A stretch of DNA of 32,000 nt. Source: Vibrio vulnificus CMCP6 (GTDB lineage Bacteria; Pseudomonadota; Gammaproteobacteria; Enterobacterales; Vibrionaceae). Of this stretch, positions 21,114 to 31,368 are shown piece by piece (the stretch's first letter is position 1; every line of letters starts with the position of its first letter). Made by a program: the position numbers and the translations under genes. Under the pieces are notes generated by a model. That model was given only the letters and a program-made list of their open reading frames with translations. It made no database searches and had not been told where the DNA came from. Where the stretch lies: positions 870,001 to 902,000 of the forward strand of contig NC_004459.3 in NCBI RefSeq assembly GCF_000039765.1. The letters are read 5' to 3'.

Positions 21114-23054
21114 ATGAAAAAAGCACTAATCAGTGTCGCGCTTTTGTTGATTGTCATCGCTCTAATTCCAATCAGCATTCTAGTGAGCTTACAAACGCGC
21201 TATGCCAGCCAAGTGTTTAATCAGCTCAGTCAGTTCAGCGGGCTTGGCATGCAAGCTGAGTTGGTCCACTATCAGTATCCTGACCATTTTTCGTTTAAGA
21301 ATGTCTCTTTTGCGCATAATGAAGTGAGCTATGTTGAACAGTTGGAGATTTGGCTAAGCCCAGATCTGTATGCCAACGGACGCGTGCAAATTGCCAGTGT
21401 GTTACTGGATGGTTTGAGTCTACAAACCGGTCTTTCCCGCTCGCCAAAAACGTTTATTCCCAACACCGTACAGATTCACCAATTGGCCATTTCAAACCTC
21501 GATTACGCCGACAACCAGTTGAGTGCGCGCGGTATTAAGTTTCAGGTAAAGCAACCTCAATGGCAACGCAGCGATCAGTTCATTCCTTTCGGTGAGATTC
21601 AGTTCTCCGCACAGCAGCTTTACTGGCAGGGCGAAGCGTTTAACCAACCTTTGCTCGATATCGATTACAAACCTCAAGACAGCACCCTTTATGGTCTGTC
21701 TTTGTCTTGGCGTGGCGCGAAAGTCTCTGGCCAAGCGGAGCAATACCCGCAAGGTTGGTCATTGGTCAATGTCACCGTTGAAGGTCTCGATTTATCACAG
21801 CAGCAACTCACGTCCATTTTGGCTAAGCCATGGAAGAGGTTTGGCTCGCAGATTACCCACATCAACAGCTTGGACATCTTACGCAGTTCACTCGCGTTAG
21901 AAGATTACCGCTTGATCAACTTTGAACTGAGTAGTGAAAATTTGACCTTGCCTTTCTCACTTTGGCAGCAGCAACAGGGGCTCATTTCCTTCTCAGCAGA
22001 GAGCGTGCAAGATCAGCACAACGTGTGGGTTGAGCCGCGCATCAAATTCACCCTCGATCCCAACGCCATTAACGTAGAGGAAGCGTCTGCTCAGTGGCAA
22101 CAAGGGAACCTTCTCTTCTCTGGCACACTCAAGCCCGATGCGATAGCGCTGGATCAGCTCATGGTCAACAACGTGAAGTGGGCGGCAGAGCAACCTGGCG
22201 AAGGCGCATGGCTTTGGCAATGGCTTGAAAATACGTCACACGTGAGTGTAGAACGACTGAACATCGAGCGCAGTCAGTTTATCCAATTGATTCGCCAGCC
22301 TTACTGGCAGCTCTCTGGTCTCAATATCGATGGGGAAAAATTGCTGCTCAAACAAGAGCAACAACTCGGATTGTGGCAAGGCAAGCTGCGGGCCACGGCG
22401 GCCAACGCCAGTTATCAAGATATATTGAGCTCCCATCCGCTAGTGGAAATGCACAGCGACGATGGGCTTTGGCAACTTGACCGTCTCTTTGCACCGCTCA
22501 AACAGGGTTATATTGAGGCTTATGGCCAATTGCAACTCAACAGTTTAAGTAAACCGTGGCAAGCCACACTTAATGCAGATGGTTTACCCATGGGCTTATT
22601 GCTGTCACAGCTGCCATTGCCTTTTGATCTCAATGCCATCAGCAGTATTGATGTCAGTGCAACGGGGTTGGGTGGCGACTGGGCGATGTTTTCCCATTCA
22701 CTGACCGGTGGCGTTCATGCTCGCCTACACGAAGCCTACACGCCATTTGATGAAGGGAACATTCTTCCTCTGCAAGTCTCTGAAATCAGCTTGAGTATGG
22801 AGAGAGGCAAACTCACCCTCGCTCCCGTCAAACTGCAAGGCCCCGACATCGAGGGCACGATCGGTGGTGCGAGCGATCTTACTGCGCCGGAACAAGGTGG
22901 CATTCGCTACCAAGTAAAAATGGGCTGCCAACAATTGAGTGGCGATATGATGTCAGACGAACATCAACGCGTAAATCAATGCCCAGAGCAAAGCCAAGCG
23001 GCGCAAGAGACTCCACTGGCTCAAACAGAAGAGGCCGAAAACGCGGCCTCTTAA
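21114..23054 (+). CDS. AsmA family protein
   Basis: Single N-terminal TM, long beta-rich periplasmic protein with AsmA-like region (LQVSEISLSMERGKLTLAPVKLQGPDIEGTIGGASDLTAPEQGGIRYQVK). Confidence 0.75.
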   Translation: MKKALISVALLLIVIALIPISILVSLQTRYASQVFNQLSQFSGLGMQAELVHYQYPDHFSFKNVSFAHNEVSYVEQLEIWLSPDLYANGRVQIASVLLDGLSLQTGLSRSPKTFIPNTVQIHQLAISNLDYADNQLSARGIKFQVKQPQWQRSDQFIPFGEIQFSAQQLYWQGEAFNQPLLDIDYKPQDSTLYGLSLSWRGAKVSGQAEQYPQGWSLVNVTVEGLDLSQQQLTSILAKPWKRFGSQITHINSLDILRSSLALEDYRLINFELSSENLTLPFSLWQQQQGLISFSAESVQDQHNVWVEPRIKFTLDPNAINVEEASAQWQQGNLLFSGTLKPDAIALDQLMVNNVKWAAEQPGEGAWLWQWLENTSHVSVERLNIERSQFIQLIRQPYWQLSGLNIDGEKLLLKQEQQLGLWQGKLRATAANASYQDILSSHPLVEMHSDDGLWQLDRLFAPLKQGYIEAYGQLQLNSLSKPWQATLNADGLPMGLLLSQLPLPFDLNAISSIDVSATGLGGDWAMFSHSLTGGVHARLHEAYTPFDEGNILPLQVSEISLSMERGKLTLAPVKLQGPDIEGTIGGASDLTAPEQGGIRYQVKMGCQQLSGDMMSDEHQRVNQCPEQSQAAQETPLAQTEEAENAAS

Positions 23055-23069
23055 TGCAGTCAAATTCCA

Positions 23070-23996
23070 TTACGCCTGCTGCTGTTCCAATTGCTTTTTG
23101 TAGTTCGGCAGCAGCATGTAAGTACCGGTAAACTCCACCGCCGCGACATCACCACTGTAAATGGTCACCAAGATAACAATGCGCGCTTTACGGCCACTGG
23201 CAAGGCGATCTAAATCGCCACTGATCCCATCGAGCGAGGTGCTCGCAATCGGCGTTTTATCCACTGGATGACGATAGCGAATGTTGCTGTCTGCCAGCAC
23301 GATATCGCCTTTCAAACCACGCTCTTTGAGTAACAGCCACGCCATCCCCCACCCCGTTAGCGTCGCCAAGGTAAAGGCTGAACCCGCAAACAAGGTGTTG
23401 TGGGGGTTGAGATTGGGATTAAGCTGCGCGCAGCACTCAAATTGATAACCGGTGTATTGGTTAATTTTGATGCCCATTTTGTCGGCGATTGGAATTTGCT
23501 TTTCCCAACGGTCTTGCAGCTCGGTGCACCATTCTGGTTTGCGCAGCACATTCGCCATCGGGTCCAATGGCTTCACCATTTGTTGGTGACGAACAGGTCC
23601 GCGCTCGTCAGTCAGCTCACCGCGACGTTCAAAACCATTCTTTTGATAAAAGGAAATGGCATCTTCACGCGCGTTACACACTAAGCGTTTCGCCCCTTCT
23701 TGACGCGCTAGCGACTCTAACGCAACCAGCACTAACGAACCCATGCCTTTGCTGCGGCGATTGCCTTTGACCGCCATATAACGAATTTGACCTTCATTAT
23801 CCGGCGTGATGTAAAGACGGCCAATCGCAATCGGACGACCTCGGCCATCCACAATCATACGATGATGGCTCATCGGATCGTATTCATCGCGCTCAGAGCC
23901 TATCGGCATGCGCCAAGGTTCGCGCAGCATTTGCCAACGGAAGTGGAAATACTTGTTCAGTTGATTGTCCGTTTCTGGGGTGATCAGTTTAAACAT
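23070..23996 (-). CDS. Bifunctional GNAT N-acetyltransferase / hotdog-fold thioesterase (YiiD-like)
   Basis: N-terminal GNAT core (IRYMAVKGNRRSKGMGSLVLVALE) fused to C-terminal putative thioesterase domain (NPHNTLFAGSAFTLATLTGWGMAWLLL). Confidence 0.85.
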   Translation of the reverse strand: MFKLITPETDNQLNKYFHFRWQMLREPWRMPIGSERDEYDPMSHHRMIVDGRGRPIAIGRLYITPDNEGQIRYMAVKGNRRSKGMGSLVLVALESLARQEGAKRLVCNAREDAISFYQKNGFERRGELTDERGPVRHQQMVKPLDPMANVLRKPEWCTELQDRWEKQIPIADKMGIKINQYTGYQFECCAQLNPNLNPHNTLFAGSAFTLATLTGWGMAWLLLKERGLKGDIVLADSNIRYRHPVDKTPIASTSLDGISGDLDRLASGRKARIVILVTIYSGDVAAVEFTGTYMLLPNYKKQLEQQQA

Positions 23997-24038
23997 AAAA
24001 TTCCTTTTCCATGCATTATTCGCCCGTTTTTGGGGTCA

Positions 24039-24473
24039 CTATACCTGTAACCAAAACGTCACTGGGCCATCGTTAATTAACGAGACTTTCATATCCGCAG
24101 CAAATCGTCCACGCTCCGTTGGTAGCACTTGCTGACACAAATCGGAGAAATAGTCGTATAAACGCTCAGCATCAGCAGGATGTGCACCACGAGAAAAACC
24201 AGCACGCGTGCCTTTTTTGGTATCGGCAGGCAAAGTAAATTGCGAAACCACCAACACCTTACCGTCCACTTGCTGCACGTTGAGGTTCATTTTTCCTTCG
24301 CTGTCTTCAAACACGCGGTAGGTCGTGACTCTCTCCATCAAACGCTTGGCTTTGGCCTCATCGTCGTCTTTTTCTACGCCGAGTAACACCAAAAGTCCCT
24401 TGTCTATCTGACCAACCACTTCACCATCGACGCGTACAGCCGCTTCACTAACTCTCTGAATCAAAGCGATCAC
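24039..24473 (-). CDS. dtd: D-aminoacyl-tRNA deacylase
   Basis: [41 protein letters not shown] and GPVTFWLQV motifs. Confidence 0.97.
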   Translation of the reverse strand: MIALIQRVSEAAVRVDGEVVGQIDKGLLVLLGVEKDDDEAKAKRLMERVTTYRVFEDSEGKMNLNVQQVDGKVLVVSQFTLPADTKKGTRAGFSRGAHPADAERLYDYFSDLCQQVLPTERGRFAADMKVSLINDGPVTFWLQV

Positions 24474-25389
24474 GTTGAGTATCCTTTTCTAATTCTGTGT
24501 CATTGTTTGGCAACGATTGTATCACGTCCTCAGCTGGCCTCCAGTGCTCCCGTTCACCGAGTGCAGCGGTGACTTCAGCACCGATTAAAACAATCAACCA
24601 ACAGAGATACACCCAAACAAAAAGAATCGGAATGGCGGCTAAAGCGCCGTAAATCAGTTGATACGACGGAAACTGTGTAATGTACGCAGCAAAACCTTTT
24701 TTACTAAGCTCAAATAACACCGCCGCAATCATGGCACCAACGACAGCATGAGAAAACTGCACCTTCTTATTCGGCACCAACAAATAAAGACCAACGAAGG
24801 CCGAAGAAGAGAGGATAAATGGCAGCCAACGCAGCAACTGATCGTAAACGGTCGAGATCGCTTCACTATCAAGTAAACGCAGTGAGGTGATGTAAGAGGT
24901 GGCCGCAATACTGGCTCCGACCAAAATCGGCCCAAGCGTCAACACCATCCAATACATCGAAAACGAGAACACCGCACGACGCTTCTTCTTCACTCTCCAA
25001 ATATAGTTGAGATTCTTGTCGATGTTGGAAATCAGCATCAACGCCGCCACAAACAGAAACGCCGCCCCCACCGCCGTCATTTTGCCCGTGTTCGCGATAA
25101 ACTCTTGCAATGCCGCATGAACAGCGTCTCCCGATGCGGGTACAAAGTTATTGATAATGAAACTTTGCAATACGCTACCAACGTTCTCAAAAACGGAAAA
25201 CTTCGACAAAATGGATAAGAGAACGGTGAGCATAGGAACAATCGAAAGTAGCGTGATATACGCCAAGTAACCGGCATTCACATTAATCCGGTCATGATTC
25301 ATGCGCGCTATCAAATAACGAACAAATGCAATGCCCGCTTGCGCCCTTTGCGGCAATCTCAACTTGTCACTGCCAAACAACTGGTTCAT
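24448..25389 (-). CDS. YihY family inner membrane protein (BrkB-like)
   Basis: Multiple TM helices; [23 protein letters not shown] and [15 protein letters not shown]; next to dtd. Confidence 0.9.
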   Translation of the reverse strand: MNQLFGSDKLRLPQRAQAGIAFVRYLIARMNHDRINVNAGYLAYITLLSIVPMLTVLLSILSKFSVFENVGSVLQSFIINNFVPASGDAVHAALQEFIANTGKMTAVGAAFLFVAALMLISNIDKNLNYIWRVKKKRRAVFSFSMYWMVLTLGPILVGASIAATSYITSLRLLDSEAISTVYDQLLRWLPFILSSSAFVGLYLLVPNKKVQFSHAVVGAMIAAVLFELSKKGFAAYITQFPSYQLIYGALAAIPILFVWVYLCWLIVLIGAEVTAALGEREHWRPAEDVIQSLPNNDTELEKDTQRDRFDSES

Positions 25390-25433
25390 AGTCCTAACCA
25401 TACGTAACTTAAATAGATCATTGAGAAATAAGC

Positions 25434-26075
25434 ATGCCTTATTTAATCACCATACTACTAACGATTTTTGCCCTGACTGGTTGTCAGTCCGCATACTACT
25501 CTGCAATGGAAAAAGTGGGTTACCACAAACGTGAGATCATGGTCGACCGAGTCGAAGACGCCAAAGAATCTCAGCAAGAGGCCCAACAAGAGTTTACCAG
25601 CGCCTTGCAGGCTTTATCCAGCCTAACCCAATTTAATGGCGGTGAATTGGAAGAGGTGTATAACCAAATCAACGACCAGTACCAAGAGAGTGAAAAAGCG
25701 GCGCAGGAAGTGCGCGATCGCATTGCAGCGATTGAAGATGTCTCGGATGCTTTGTTCGATGAATGGCAACAAGAGCTCGCACTTTACACCAATGCCAAGC
25801 TGCGCCGCTCTAGCGAACAAAAGCTCAAGGAGACCAAAGCCTCTTATCAACAGATGCTCAAAGCGATGAAACGAGCGGAGCAAAAAATGACGCCAGTGCT
25901 CAACACGCTGCGCGACAATACCTTGTATTTGAAACACAACCTCAACGCCAGCGCCGTTGGTTCGTTGCAAGGCGAGTTCATGAGCTTGGAAAAAGAGATC
26001 GCCAATGCCATCTCGCAAATGAACGCTGCAATAGCCGAATCCGACAAGTTCTTGCAAAAACTCAACCAGCAGTAA
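25434..26075 (+). CDS. DUF2959-like lipoprotein, coiled-coil
   Basis: Signal with lipobox-like LTGC, then long helical protein; matches recalled DUF2959 family. Confidence 0.75.
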   Translation: MPYLITILLTIFALTGCQSAYYSAMEKVGYHKREIMVDRVEDAKESQQEAQQEFTSALQALSSLTQFNGGELEEVYNQINDQYQESEKAAQEVRDRIAAIEDVSDALFDEWQQELALYTNAKLRRSSEQKLKETKASYQQMLKAMKRAEQKMTPVLNTLRDNTLYLKHNLNASAVGSLQGEFMSLEKEIANAISQMNAAIAESDKFLQKLNQQ

Positions 26076-26082
26076 GCTTCTC

Positions 26083-26110
26083 AAACCTCCTGCTTTCGGG
26101 AGGTTTTTTT
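26083..26110 (+). terminator. Intrinsic terminator downstream of the DUF2959-like gene
   Basis: AAACCTCC-TGCTTTC-GGGAGGTTTTTTT. Confidence 0.8.
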
Positions 26111-26132
26111 GTTGCGCCTCGCTAGAGGCTGT

Positions 26133-26654
26133 TCACCTTACATACTGCAGAATAAACGCCACTCGCTCAGCCACACTTCCCCACGGCACTTCCACCACTT
26201 GATAGCCTAGCTCACGGTAGCATTCCACCAACATTTGATGAATCTGCAACGCTTCGGCAAACGTGTGTGGCCGCACTTCGTCTTGGACATAAATGGACGA
26301 CTCTGGTTTGCAGACGAACACTTTGGCGTAATAGCCTTGACTGGCCTGATGCAACGCGGTGGGCACCTCACAGCGCCCCATTTTGAGATAGCCAATGATA
26401 TCGGGAATGGCGCGGTCGAAAAACGCGACTGTGGCACCACTGGCTTGGCGCTTTTGCTCACTCATCAACGCCAAACACAACTCAGCGAACGCGGGAAGAT
26501 TGGTCCAGGGCAGAATGCCGTCAGCGCGTACACTTTGCTCCTCGATCAATGTGCGAGAGCCTTCCGCAAAAGTCATGTAACCCTGTGCCGACAGCGCATT
26601 AATTAACGTGGTTTTACCCGCTCCGGGGCCACCACTGATGATCACCAAATCCAT
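26133..26654 (-). CDS. Small P-loop NTPase / AAA-type ATPase, 173 aa
   Basis: Walker A at extreme N-terminus (IISGGPGAGKTTLINAL), VAFFDRAIPDIIGYL, kinase-like architecture. Confidence 0.85.
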   Translation of the reverse strand: MDLVIISGGPGAGKTTLINALSAQGYMTFAEGSRTLIEEQSVRADGILPWTNLPAFAELCLALMSEQKRQASGATVAFFDRAIPDIIGYLKMGRCEVPTALHQASQGYYAKVFVCKPESSIYVQDEVRPHTFAEALQIHQMLVECYRELGYQVVEVPWGSVAERVAFILQYVR

Positions 26655-26675
26655 GTTTTGCTCCTAAATAAACAA

Positions 26676-26705
26676 AAACCCTGAGTCGTTGCCAACTCAG
26701 GGTTT
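26676..26705 (-). terminator. Rho-independent terminator after typA
   Basis: On the minus strand: AAACCCTGAGT-TGGCAACG-ACTCAGGGTTTTTG. Confidence 0.8.
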
Positions 26706-26730
26706 CTCATTTAATTAACCGAAAGCGTAA

Positions 26731-28560
26731 TTACTTCGCTTCGCGAGAAGCACGTTTACGATCGCTTTCCGTTAGGAACTTCTTACGAATACGGATGTTT
26801 TCCGGCGTTACTTCTACTAGCTCGTCGTCATCGATGAACTCTAGTGCTTGTTCTAGGGTCATCGTGATTGGCGGCGTTAGCACCTGTGCGTCATCCGTAC
26901 CAGAAGCACGAACGTTGGTTAGCTGCTTGCCTTTCAGTGCGTTTACAGTTAGGTCGTTATCACGGCTGTGAATACCAATAACCATACCTTCATACACTTC
27001 CACACCGTGACCGATGAAGAGACGACCACGCTCTTGCAGGTTAAATAGCGCGTTAGTTAGCGCTTTACCCGCTGCGTTCGCAATCAATACACCGTTGATA
27101 CGTTGACCGATGTTACCGCCTTTGTGTGGGCCGTAGTGATCAAACGTATGGTAAAGAAGACCTGAACCCGAAGTCAGTGTCATGAACTCTGTTTGGAAAC
27201 CGATCAGACCACGAGATGGCATCATAAAGTCCAAACGAACACGGCCTTTACCATCTGGAGACATGTCTTTCAGTTCGCCTTTACGCATACCGATCTTCTC
27301 CATAATGCCACCTTGGTGTTCTTCTTGAACGTCGATGGTTACGGTTTCGAACGGTTCCATTAGCTGGCCGTTTTCTTCTTTCAGGATTACTTCTGGACGC
27401 GATACTGCAAGCTCAAAGCCTTCACGACGCATGTTCTCGATCAGGATAGATAGGTGAAGCTCACCACGGCCTGAAACACGGAATTTGTCTGGATCTTCTG
27501 TTTGCTCAACGCGCAGTGCTACGTTGTGAACCAGTTCCTTCTCAAGACGCTCAAGGATGTTACGTGAAGTCACGTATTTACCTTCAAGACCCGCAAACGG
27601 AGAGGTGTTTACTTGGAACGTCATGGTGACGGTTGGTTCATCAACAGACAATGCTGGCAACGCTTCTGGCTTGTTTACATCACAGATGGTGTCTGAGATT
27701 TTTAGCTCGCCAAGACCAGTGATTGCGATGATGTCGCCCGCAGTTGCTTGTTCAACTTCGTGACGCTCAAGGCCCATGTAACCCAGTACCGTGCCCACTT
27801 TACCGTTACGTGTTTTGCCATCAGCACCAACGATGGTTACTTGTTGGTTTGCTTTCACTTTACCACGAGTCACACGACCAACACCGATAACACCCACGTA
27901 TGAGCTGTAATCGAGCTGAGAGATTTGCATCTGTAGTGGACCATCAAGGTCAACATTTGGCGCATCAACTACATCAACGATCGTTTGGAATAGTGGTTCC
28001 ATGTCTTCGCCAGTTTCGCCTTCTTCTAGAGAAGCCCAACCGTTAAGTGCTGAAGCGTAAACCACTTTGAAATCGAGCTGTTCGTCAGTTGCACCTAGGT
28101 TGTCGAATAGGTCGAACACTTGGTCCATAACCCAATCAGGACGCGCACCTGGACGGTCGATCTTGTTGATTACAACGATTGGCTTAAGGCCGTGTGCGAA
28201 TGCTTTTTGCGTTACAAAACGCGTTTGTGGCATTGGGCCATCTACTGCGTCAACGATAAGCAGTACGCAGTCTACCATCGACATAATACGCTCAACTTCG
28301 CCACCGAAGTCCGCGTGTCCCGGGGTATCTACGATATTGATGCGGTAGTCATTCCAACGGATAGCGGTGTTTTTCGCCAAAATGGTAATGCCACGCTCTT
28401 TTTCGATGTCGTTCGAGTCCATGACTCGCTCTTCTACATCGCCGCGAGATTGTAAAGTGCCCGATTGCTGCAGCAATTTATCAACCAGTGTTGTTTTACC
28501 GTGGTCAACGTGCGCGATGATCGCGATATTTCTTAATTTATCAATCTGTGGAGTCGTCAT
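26731..28560 (-). CDS. typA: Translational GTPase TypA/BipA
   Basis: [55 protein letters not shown]. Confidence 0.98.
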   Translation of the reverse strand: MTTPQIDKLRNIAIIAHVDHGKTTLVDKLLQQSGTLQSRGDVEERVMDSNDIEKERGITILAKNTAIRWNDYRINIVDTPGHADFGGEVERIMSMVDCVLLIVDAVDGPMPQTRFVTQKAFAHGLKPIVVINKIDRPGARPDWVMDQVFDLFDNLGATDEQLDFKVVYASALNGWASLEEGETGEDMEPLFQTIVDVVDAPNVDLDGPLQMQISQLDYSSYVGVIGVGRVTRGKVKANQQVTIVGADGKTRNGKVGTVLGYMGLERHEVEQATAGDIIAITGLGELKISDTICDVNKPEALPALSVDEPTVTMTFQVNTSPFAGLEGKYVTSRNILERLEKELVHNVALRVEQTEDPDKFRVSGRGELHLSILIENMRREGFELAVSRPEVILKEENGQLMEPFETVTIDVQEEHQGGIMEKIGMRKGELKDMSPDGKGRVRLDFMMPSRGLIGFQTEFMTLTSGSGLLYHTFDHYGPHKGGNIGQRINGVLIANAAGKALTNALFNLQERGRLFIGHGVEVYEGMVIGIHSRDNDLTVNALKGKQLTNVRASGTDDAQVLTPPITMTLEQALEFIDDDELVEVTPENIRIRKKFLTESDRKRASREAK

Positions 28561-28867
28561 GGATTCTGATTCACTTGTTTAGACAATATTACTCAAACCG
28601 CTCACTTTTTAAACAAAGCCCGGTTTGATTAAAAAAACGGCCATAATGTACCAGATTTTGATAAAAAACCCAGAAATATGTGATCTATTCGTGAGTATTT
28701 TTCTTTTATTGACGCTAATCGCCCCTCTTCAACCCCAACCATTTCTCGAGCCGCCTCACTCTATCAAGCTTTTATGCAAAGATGAGCACACGATCGTTGA
28801 CAAAAGCAACAAACAGGGGCGAAATGGATCGCGCTTATGATTCACAATGGTGCAACGAACATTAATT

Positions 28868-28884
28868 CGCACCATTAAGGTGCA
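28868..28884. promoter_or_regulatory. Putative NtrC-binding site upstream of glnA
   Basis: CGCACCATTAAGGTGCA compared with recalled consensus TGCACC-N5-GGTGCA. Confidence 0.7.
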
Positions 28885-28888
28885 CTCA

Positions 28889-28905
28889 AGGATCATTTTG
28901 GTGCA
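28889..28905. promoter_or_regulatory. Second, partly degenerate putative NtrC-binding site upstream of glnA
   Basis: AGGATCATTTTGGTGCA; right half-site exact, 21 bp from the first site. Confidence 0.5.
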
Positions 28906-28967
28906 CAAAGGAAGAGCGGATGCACACAAAACAAAGCAAGTGCATGATTAATATGGACTTAAAAAAT

Positions 28968-28982
28968 TGGCACGCTTTTAGC
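28968..28982 (+). promoter_or_regulatory. Putative sigma-54 promoter of glnA
   Basis: TGGCACGCTTTTAGC; GG and GC doublets at correct -24/-12 spacing. Confidence 0.75.
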
Positions 28983-29090
28983 TTTGTAAGAATCAGCATC
29001 GATTAATAAGAATGAAATGAAATTAATCAATGCTGGATTCCAAACCGAATCTGACTATTACCGCTTTAATAACACTGGAGGTTATCCAAG

Positions 29091-30500
29091 ATGTCAGTAG
29101 AAAACGTTTTATCGCTGATCCAAGAAAACGAAGTTAAGTTTGTTGACCTGCGTTTTACCGATACTAAAGGTAAAGAGCAGCACATCTCTATTCCTTCTCA
29201 CCAAATCGATGCTGACTTCTTCGAAGACGGTAAAATGTTCGATGGTTCGTCTGTTGCTGGCTGGAAAGGTATTAACGAATCAGACATGGTGATGATGCCT
29301 GACGCATCTTCAGCTGTTCTAGACCCATTTACTGAAGAAGCAACGCTAAACATCCGTTGTGACATCCTAGAACCTGCAACGATGCAAGGTTACGACCGTG
29401 ACCCACGCTCTATCGCGAAACGCGCTGAAGAGTACATGCGCTCTACTGGTCTTGCAGACACCGTTCTAGTTGGTCCAGAGCCAGAGTTCTTCCTGTTTGA
29501 CGATGTAAAATTCGCCACTGACATGTCGGGGTCTTTCTTCAAGATCGACGACGTAGAAGCGGCATGGAACACAGGTTCTGACTACGAAAACGGTAACAAA
29601 GGTCACCGTCCAGGCGTGAAGGGTGGTTACTTCCCTGTAGCTCCAGTGGATTCTTCACAAGACCTACGCTCGGCAATGTGTCTAGTGATGGAAGAGATGG
29701 GCCTTGTTGTTGAAGCGCACCACCATGAAGTAGCGACAGCGGGTCAAAACGAGATCGCAACTCGCTTTAACACACTAACGACTAAAGCAGACGAGATCCA
29801 AATCTACAAGTACGTGGTACACAACGTTGCACACGCATTTGGTAAAACAGCAACCTTTATGCCTAAGCCACTCGTCGGCGACAACGGTTCTGGTATGCAC
29901 GTTCACCAATCACTAGCAAAAGATGGCGTGAACCTATTTGCTGGTGACAAGTACGGCGGTCTATCTGAAATGGCGCTTTACTATATCGGCGGCATCATCA
30001 AGCACGCACGTGCACTAAACGCGTTGACTAACCCATCAACCAACTCGTACAAGCGTCTGGTTCCACACTACGAAGCACCAGTTATGCTAGCTTACTCTGC
30101 GCGTAACCGTTCTGCCTCTATCCGTATCCCAGTGGTACCAAGCCCGAAAGCGCGTCGTATCGAAGTTCGCTTCCCAGATCCAGCAGCAAACCCATACCTA
30201 GCGTTTGCAGCCATGCTGATGGCTGGTCTTGACGGTATCAAGAACAAGATCCACCCAGGCGAAGCAATGGACAAAGATCTGTACGATCTACCAGCAGAAG
30301 AAGCGGCAGAGATTCCAAAAGTAGCGGAATCGCTAAAACAAGCGCTAGAGTACCTAGACAACGACCGTGAGTTCCTAACTGCAGGTGGCGTATTCTCTGA
30401 TGATTTCATCGATTCTTACATCGAGCTGAAAACAAAAGAAGTTGAGCGCGTAAACGTTGCGGTTCACCCACTAGAGTTCGAACTATACTACTCAGTATAA
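29091..30500 (+). CDS. glnA: Glutamine synthetase type I
   Basis: [53 protein letters not shown], adenylylation region [10 protein letters not shown]. Confidence 0.99.
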   Translation: MSVENVLSLIQENEVKFVDLRFTDTKGKEQHISIPSHQIDADFFEDGKMFDGSSVAGWKGINESDMVMMPDASSAVLDPFTEEATLNIRCDILEPATMQGYDRDPRSIAKRAEEYMRSTGLADTVLVGPEPEFFLFDDVKFATDMSGSFFKIDDVEAAWNTGSDYENGNKGHRPGVKGGYFPVAPVDSSQDLRSAMCLVMEEMGLVVEAHHHEVATAGQNEIATRFNTLTTKADEIQIYKYVVHNVAHAFGKTATFMPKPLVGDNGSGMHVHQSLAKDGVNLFAGDKYGGLSEMALYYIGGIIKHARALNALTNPSTNSYKRLVPHYEAPVMLAYSARNRSASIRIPVVPSPKARRIEVRFPDPAANPYLAFAAMLMAGLDGIKNKIHPGEAMDKDLYDLPAEEAAEIPKVAESLKQALEYLDNDREFLTAGGVFSDDFIDSYIELKTKEVERVNVAVHPLEFELYYSV

Positions 30501-30544
30501 TTTGCTCACTATGTAAACTTTGTAACCTTAGTTACATCAATTTT

Positions 30545-30575
30545 AAGGCTCGCCTCGCAGGCGAGCCTTTCTTTT
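30545..30575 (+). terminator. Rho-independent terminator after glnA
   Basis: AAGGCTCGCCT-CGC-AGGCGAGCCTTTCTTTT. Confidence 0.85.
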
Positions 30576-30697
30576 ATTTTCCAAATGTAAACCGAGTAAT
30601 AACATAACCTTGCTATAACAAAAACTATATCGGAACCCTGCACTCCGCAGAGGCTTCGTTCTATTAACGTGAACTCGCATCTCTTTGGAGGTGAACA

Positions 30698-31234
30698 ATG
30701 AAATTGCTTTTTGCTCTGGTTCTCTCTTTGAGCGCCCCTTTAGTGTGCGCCCAAACTGTCTACACTTGGGTCGATGACAACGGCGTGCTCCACATGAGCG
30801 ATACCCCCAACAATGGCGCGAAAACCGTCAAACTGCCCGATCTCGAAGCCAGTGCCCCCCCTCCTCAAGTGGAATCAACCCAATCTCTCGATAAACCAGC
30901 AGAGCTGACCAAAGAGAAACCGAAAAGCCAACAGCAAGAGGCGGTACCTCTTGCGTTGACACTGGCGTCTCCCAGCCACGATGCCACGATTCGCAGTAAT
31001 CAAGGGATCATCACCATTCAGGTTCAAACCAACCGTAAGCTGGACATTGGTGAGCAGCTGCAACTGGTGTTTGATGGCAATCGCTACGGTGCTCCACAAA
31101 CCTCAACATTGTGGCAGCTCAAAAACATCGACCGCGGCACGCACATTATTGCCATTCAGGCCGTACGAAGCGGCAAGCTTATTGCATCAACTAGCCCTAT
31201 ATCAGTGCATCTTCATCGCACCAAGATAAAATAG
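30698..31234 (+). CDS. DUF4124-like domain-containing secreted protein
   Basis: Signal peptide (LLFALVLSLSAPLVCAQ) followed by TVYTWVDDNGVLHMSDTP, typical of DUF4124. Confidence 0.85.
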   Translation: MKLLFALVLSLSAPLVCAQTVYTWVDDNGVLHMSDTPNNGAKTVKLPDLEASAPPPQVESTQSLDKPAELTKEKPKSQQQEAVPLALTLASPSHDATIRSNQGIITIQVQTNRKLDIGEQLQLVFDGNRYGAPQTSTLWQLKNIDRGTHIIAIQAVRSGKLIASTSPISVHLHRTKIK

Positions 31235-31316
31235 CGGCTTGCAGGCAATATTAAGTAGCTGATAGACGGAAATTCTCCTTTCTCTTGTCTTTGTAATCCG
31301 CCATACTGAATTCATT

Positions 31317-31333
31317 TGCACCAACTTAGTGCA
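31317..31333. promoter_or_regulatory. Putative NtrC-binding site upstream of glnL
   Basis: TGCACCAACTTAGTGCA, a near-perfect dyad matching the NtrC-site form, 35 bp before the glnL start. Confidence 0.6.
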
Positions 31334-31368
31334 ATGCACCAGAAGATAACAAAGACAAGGATGTGAAG

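Noticed and set aside
25623-26084. 153-aa minus-strand ORF
   Set aside because: Antisense to the lipoprotein gene, whose sense translation has a signal peptide, a lipobox and coherent coiled-coil pattern.
28067-28455. Plus-strand ORFs opposite typA
   Set aside because: Antisense to invariant GTPase motifs of typA; no independent support.
28625-28840. 71-aa plus-strand ORF in the typA-glnA intergenic region
   Set aside because: No motif and no clear ribosome-binding site; the region is better explained as regulatory DNA for the divergent genes.
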